64,000 bases of DNA. Origin: Sedimentisphaerales bacterium (GTDB lineage Bacteria; Planctomycetota; Phycisphaerae; Sedimentisphaerales; SM23-30). Below are positions 59,302 to 64,000 of the stretch, piece by piece. The DNA lies in assembly GCA_963666285.1 (NCBI GenBank), contig OY762711.1, one strand, 5' to 3'. The first letter of the stretch is position 1; every line of letters begins with the position of its first letter. The position numbers and the translations under genes were made by a program. The notes under the pieces were generated by a model that worked only from the letters and a program-made list of their open reading frames with translations, ran no database searches and had not been told where the DNA came from.

Positions 59302-60330
59302 TTCTACTGTCGAAGATCCGCCTAAAGCGGACTCTCCTGTCAACTTTCCAGCGACCTTCCATCGCTCGGCGTAGCCGTTTAAAATAGGTCGCGCAGCGAC
59401 ACCTTAATTTTTCACTTCGAATTATTCATTTTTCATTTAGCAAAGCTCGCAGCTGACTGCTGATTTCCGGTAGCCCCCGGTTTCAACCGGGGGACTAAAC
59501 AAACTCCCCATTATTTTAAAAGCATCCTCGCCGCCAGGCGATACCTTTTTTTCTTCTATCTCTTCTCATCTTTCAGATGCCTAATTTTGATATAATCTTT
59601 ACTCCCGCGTCAGCTTTAAAATAAGTCGTCCGCGAATGCGGACACCGCTTTTTTTCATCCTTTATACCTCATCCTTCAGGTGCCGTTTCACGGCACCTGT
59701 CTGGTCTGCCCACAATTCAAAAACAACAACTTACATCAATTCACGAAAAATCCCCTCCCCGCCGCACTACCTCCGCAACCCGCCTCGCACTCGTTCTTAT
59801 ATCCCAGCACTCTTCTATTTCTTACCGATTTTTAACCCATCCTTCACCCCGTCACTCTCACTTAATATGATAATTAGTCTTGCCGAACCCGTTTAAAATG
59901 AGTCGCGTAAACGACACCTTCACATCATTGGACTTGTCCAATGATGTGCCAGTGTGCGTAGCACGAATTTATCTTCCTACTGTTCTACTGCTCTCCTGTC
60001 AACTTTCCAGCGACCTTCCGTCGCTCGGCGTTAGCCGTTTAAAATAAGATGTCCGCGAAGCGGACACCTCAACTCTTACCTTTTACCTCATACCTCTTAC
60101 CTATGTTCGCGTTCCCGTCCGTATACCGCCGTATGCATTCAACGTTCCGCCGTATACTGTCCGCAGCCCGCAATTCACCGCCGCTCAAATCCATTTGCCT
60201 TTTTGCCTCCGTCCACCCGCCGCGCTGACCCGTACATATCCCGCACACCTCCCGTCACCCATCAATTAGCCGCGAGCGGTAGCGAGCAACCTTCCCTGGT
60301 ATCTGAAACCTGATACCTGACCACTGATTT
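59302..60330. repeat. mosaic of REP-like hairpins, direct repeats and heptamer runs
   Basis: Five TTTAAAA-hairpin-ACC units; direct repeat 59302-59403 / 59983-60068; GTAG-hairpin 59470-59493; heptamer arrays 60074-60101 and 60303-60330. Confidence 0.8.
59668..59849 (+). repeat. about 180-bp dispersed non-coding repeat, copy 2
   Basis: Aligns with 18692..18874 in the same orientation. Confidence 0.85.
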
Positions 60331-60970
60331 TCTTGAAATAATCACCGCGTTTTTACAACCACCAAATCGCGAAAATCCAAAATCTTCAAAATTTTTATCC
60401 CGCTTACCCCCAACGCCTTACAAACTTCCAAGCCAACCAGCCCGCCCAAAAAATCAGCGCACTTTTGACATACCATCCAACAGTAGAGAGCTGACAAAAA
60501 AGCGAACCAACAAAAAAACAGCTCTCGATAAAACATAACAACGACGAAAACTTCGTCTTTTATATATATTTTGCTCTATTACAAATAAATATTTGACTCA
60601 ATTTGTCAGTTAAAAATGTAATAATTTATGTCTCCAAATAATATTCATTGATAATTTATTAGAGGTGTTCTTGATTTAAACATAATGGATAAAATCTGAT
60701 GTAAAGTAATAAAACACAATCTTTTATGATGAAATAAAACACATTTCCTGATTTTACTGCCATACTTGCCTGTTATCTGATTACTTTCAAATTCACTGGT
60801 GTTATTAAGTATTTTTATAAAATTAGTTACATATATCCATTATCGAATTACAACCATCTATTGAATATATTTGTTATTTCTGATATTTTAGTATTTGTTT
60901 TTGTACATTGGAATATGATATTGTCATCAAAACTGCAAATTAAATATTTTACTTTTATCTAGGAATCATC

Positions 60971-62377
60971 ATGGATCGACGGACATTTCTCAAAAATTCT
61001 ACTTTAGTTATTGGTGCTGCTTCTGTAGGTGGTTGTAGTGCTTCATCAGTTGGTAAAATTAACCTGAATTCAAATATGTCTGGTTATTGCGCTCCTAAAA
61101 TACCGACTGTTAGAGTTGGTTTTATTGGTCTTGGAATGAGAGGCCCCGGTGCCGTAAAACGTATGACTCATATTGATGGCGTTGAAATTACAGCTATCTG
61201 TGATAAACGTAAATCTTGTACTGACAAAGTAGAAAAAATGCTTGCCGACATAGGCTTCCCAAAACCTGCAGTATATACTGATAGTGAAGATGCCTGGAAA
61301 AAAATGGTTCAAAGAGATGATCTTGACCTGATATATATCGCTACCCCTTGGGAATTTCATACCCCGATGGCTGTTTATGCTATGGAACATGGCAAACACG
61401 CTGCAACCGAAGTTCCGGCAGCTACTACAATGGAAGAATGCTGGAAACTGGTGGAGACATCTGAACGTACCAGAAAACATTGTGTTATGTTGGAAAACTG
61501 CTGCTACGACTTCTTTGAAATGCTTACCCTTAATATGATTCGGCAAGGTATGTTCGGCGAAGTTATTCATGGCGAAGGTGCCTATATCCATAATCTGGTT
61601 GGCTTGAATTTCAATAAAAATGGTTATGCTGATATGTGGCGTCTGAAACATAATGCAAAGAGAAATGGTAACTTGTATCCAACTCATGGGTTAGGGCCGG
61701 TTTGCCAATGCATGGATATCAATCGCGGCGACAAGATGGAATATCTCACCAGTATGTCAAGTAATGATTTTACCATGAATGTTGAAGCTAGGAAACGAGC
61801 TGAAAAAGACGATTTTTATAAACAGTTTGTTGATAAGCCATATCGTGGCAATATGAATACAACTATGGTCAGAACAGCAAAAGGCAGAACTATCAAAATT
61901 CAGCATGATGTCAGTTCACCAAGGCCGTATTCTCGTATCCATTTGGTTTCAGGCACAAAGGCTTTTGCCCAGAAGTGGCCTAAAACTCATATTGCTCTTG
62001 GCCATTCTGCGGTTAGTGAAGAAGAATTGCAGAAAATGTACGATCAGTATTCACCTGAGATAGTGGTGAAGATCGGCGAAATGGCTAAGCAGGTTGGCGG
62101 CCATGGAGGTATGGATTTCCTTATGGATTGGTCGTTGATAAATTCGCTTAGAAACGGGCTGCCTGTCGATATGGATTGTTATGATGCCGCTTTATGGTCC
62201 TGCATAACACCGCTGTCTATCAAATCTGTTGCTAACAGGTCTAATTCTGTTGATATACCTGACTTTACCAGGGGTAACTGGAAAACAAATACACCGGTAT
62301 CTCTGGAACTGAAAGCTATCAATGGTGTAAGAGCTATAAATAAAGCAGACTCAAGCGGCCAGCTTAAAGTCGAATAA
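60971..62377 (+). CDS. GH109 NAD-dependent alpha-N-acetylgalactosaminidase (Gfo/Idh/MocA fold), Tat-exported
   Basis: MDRRTFLK Tat signal; GFIGLGMRG; ENCCY; YPTHGLGP; GGHGGMD. Confidence 0.9.
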   Translation: MDRRTFLKNSTLVIGAASVGGCSASSVGKINLNSNMSGYCAPKIPTVRVGFIGLGMRGPGAVKRMTHIDGVEITAICDKRKSCTDKVEKMLADIGFPKPAVYTDSEDAWKKMVQRDDLDLIYIATPWEFHTPMAVYAMEHGKHAATEVPAATTMEECWKLVETSERTRKHCVMLENCCYDFFEMLTLNMIRQGMFGEVIHGEGAYIHNLVGLNFNKNGYADMWRLKHNAKRNGNLYPTHGLGPVCQCMDINRGDKMEYLTSMSSNDFTMNVEARKRAEKDDFYKQFVDKPYRGNMNTTMVRTAKGRTIKIQHDVSSPRPYSRIHLVSGTKAFAQKWPKTHIALGHSAVSEEELQKMYDQYSPEIVVKIGEMAKQVGGHGGMDFLMDWSLINSLRNGLPVDMDCYDAALWSCITPLSIKSVANRSNSVDIPDFTRGNWKTNTPVSLELKAINGVRAINKADSSGQLKVE

Positions 62378-62404
62378 TTTCATATAGAATCCTGGTTTCA
62401 TAAA

Positions 62405-63886
62405 TTGAAATTGAAAGTTCTGTTTAATATGCGAAATATCAATATGTTGAGAGCAAACAGGTTGTTATTTGCGGTATTGTTTGTTTGTGGTACATGTTCG
62501 ATCATTGACGCAAATCCTGTTGAGAAGCCAAATATTATAATTATATATTTGGATGACAGCGGGTGGGGGGATTATTCTCACAACGGTAATCCCACTATAA
62601 ATACTCCCAATATTTCTTTGCTAAAGCAGGACGGGATGTGTTTCACCCAGTTTTATGTTACCTCTCCTGCGTGTTCTGCTTCACGTTACTCACTGCTTAC
62701 TGGGCGATATCCCGGACGTTCTGGTTTTGGTAATTGGGTACTGAACCCAAATGAAAAAAAGCATCTTCATGATAAAGAGATTACAATTGCTGAAGGGTTG
62801 AAGTCAAAAGGCTATGTTACAGGCATATTTGGAAAATGGCATCTGGGTAGCCCCAATAAGAATAATAATTATGCACCGAAGAGTCTGCCGTTAGCTCATG
62901 GCTTTGATACCTGGATTGGAACAAATGTATCACACGATTATAACGACGCAAAACTGATGAAATCCGACCCGAAAGGTAGTGATCCAATTGCAGGGTATAG
63001 TACTATTGCTGTTAATCTGCCTTCAAATGCTAAAATCTGTGAGACTCTAACCGGTCGTTATACCGATGCTGCTGTGAATTTCATCAAGCAGAATAAAGAT
63101 AGACCGTTTTTTGCCTATATTCCGCATAATATGCCGCACTTGGGCATATATGCCAGTGATGAGTTTAAAGGACGTTCTCGTCGTGGGTTGCTTGGCGATG
63201 TAATGGAAGAGATTGATGATTCGGTAGGGCGTATTCGAAAAGCGGTTGAAGAGGCAGGCCTGAAAGAAAAAACGGTGATAATCTTTTCTTCTGATAATGG
63301 GCCATGGGTTAAATTCAGGGATTTGAAATATTCTCAGCATCAAAAATATGGCGAAGCCAGGATGAATGTCGGTTATGCAACACCATTTCGCGATGGTAAA
63401 GGCTCAACCTGGGAAGGCGGACACAGGGTTGCCGGCATATTCTGTTGGCCCGGTATGATACCTGCTAATATAATCGAGCAAAGACCTGCAAGTACACTTG
63501 ATATTTTGCCGACAGTCTTTAAGCTGGCTGGTGTTGAGATACCTGCTGATAGAGAGATTGACGGTAGGGATATTAGAATAATACTTATGCCTGATAAATT
63601 TAAGGGTGAACTGAGCACTTTTAGTTTTATGTATAGCTATTTTGACAATAAACCATCTGCATTTCGACAAGGGCCATGGAAGTTACATATACGAATTGGT
63701 TCGCAAACTGGAAATGATTATGGCTTTAAGGCTTCACGCCAGACGCCGCTGCTTTTCCAGGTAGAGCATGATTTAGGTGAACGTATAGATCGTGCTGCAG
63801 AGCTGCCAGAGATTGTTAAACAAATGCTTAATAAGTTGGAAACACTTGAAAATAAAATAGATAGTGAAGGTTCGTTTTGGGATTGA
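62405..63886 (+). CDS. formylglycine-dependent (S1) sulfatase
   Basis: KPNIIIIYLDD, CSASRYSLLTGR, GKWHLG, SDNG, EGGHRV; true start may be 62429 or later. Confidence 0.92.
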   Translation: MKLKVLFNMRNINMLRANRLLFAVLFVCGTCSIIDANPVEKPNIIIIYLDDSGWGDYSHNGNPTINTPNISLLKQDGMCFTQFYVTSPACSASRYSLLTGRYPGRSGFGNWVLNPNEKKHLHDKEITIAEGLKSKGYVTGIFGKWHLGSPNKNNNYAPKSLPLAHGFDTWIGTNVSHDYNDAKLMKSDPKGSDPIAGYSTIAVNLPSNAKICETLTGRYTDAAVNFIKQNKDRPFFAYIPHNMPHLGIYASDEFKGRSRRGLLGDVMEEIDDSVGRIRKAVEEAGLKEKTVIIFSSDNGPWVKFRDLKYSQHQKYGEARMNVGYATPFRDGKGSTWEGGHRVAGIFCWPGMIPANIIEQRPASTLDILPTVFKLAGVEIPADREIDGRDIRIILMPDKFKGELSTFSFMYSYFDNKPSAFRQGPWKLHIRIGSQTGNDYGFKASRQTPLLFQVEHDLGERIDRAAELPEIVKQMLNKLETLENKIDSEGSFWD

Positions 63887-63912
63887 GCCAATGAAATTAG
63901 CAAGGGGTAGAG

Positions 63913-63951
63913 AAAAAAAAGATGCTGTATCAATTGATCAGCATCTTTTTT
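63913..63951. terminator. bidirectional intrinsic terminator
   Basis: A8-GATGCTG...CAGCATC-T6. Confidence 0.85.
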
Positions 63952-64000
63952 ACATGGAGGTGAGTTAAAATGATTCGGGTTGTGTCTTTTATGGTTTTTC

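Noticed and set aside
59995..60036. integron attC site (GCTCGGCGTTAGCC resembles an R' end)
   Set aside because: The nearest AAC is only about 27 nt upstream and is not complementary; no cassette ORF or integrase is present.
59302..60330. CRISPR array
   Set aside because: Repeats vary in sequence and spacing, there is no regular repeat-spacer period, and no cas genes are present.
941..63933. numerous 60-205 aa ORFs antisense to or nested in the long genes
   Set aside because: They are shadow frames of well-supported CDSs and carry no recognisable motifs.

Overview
This is an AT-rich bacterial window made up mostly of glycan-utilisation loci. The gene repertoire points to a planctomycete, probably Phycisphaerae (inference from prepilin-like H-X9-DG proteins, LamG proteins with dockerin-like tails and a PEP-CTERM protein). 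(1) 0.8-18.4 kb is a sialic/ulosonic-acid locus: two GntR-LacI (AraR-type) regulators, a Kelch-mutarotase/SSS transporter fusion, two GH33 sialidases, a pilin-like protein, a LamG protein, a NanA-type aldolase, two DUF2961/GH172 enzymes and a GH127. (2) 18.6-24.8 kb is mobile debris: REP-like hairpins, a truncated transposase, a SWIM protein, an AbiE pair whose toxin carries a nonsense mutation, a broken IS630, and the 3' part of tRNA-Ser(TGA), which looks like the att end of an integrated island. (3) 25.2-59.3 kb is a second locus: a pilin-like protein, two divergent clan-A-like hydrolases, LamG-dockerin and LamG-PEP-CTERM proteins, CE12, a regulator, an SSS transporter, a HAD phosphatase, two GH38, GH92, GH3, GH78 and an unassigned hydrolase-like protein. 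(4) 59.3-60.5 kb is a mosaic of small hairpin repeats, followed by GH109 and a sulfatase. The leading candidates for new biology are: a recurring SusCD-free cassette (regulator + pilin-like + LamG + SSS + hydrolases); a start-less reading frame running through the tRNA att site that could be an excision-dependent integrase tail; one LamG module shared by proteins with different C-terminal anchors; and a REP-like repeat family with covarying stems. All family calls come from motif recognition by eye; no database searches were run.
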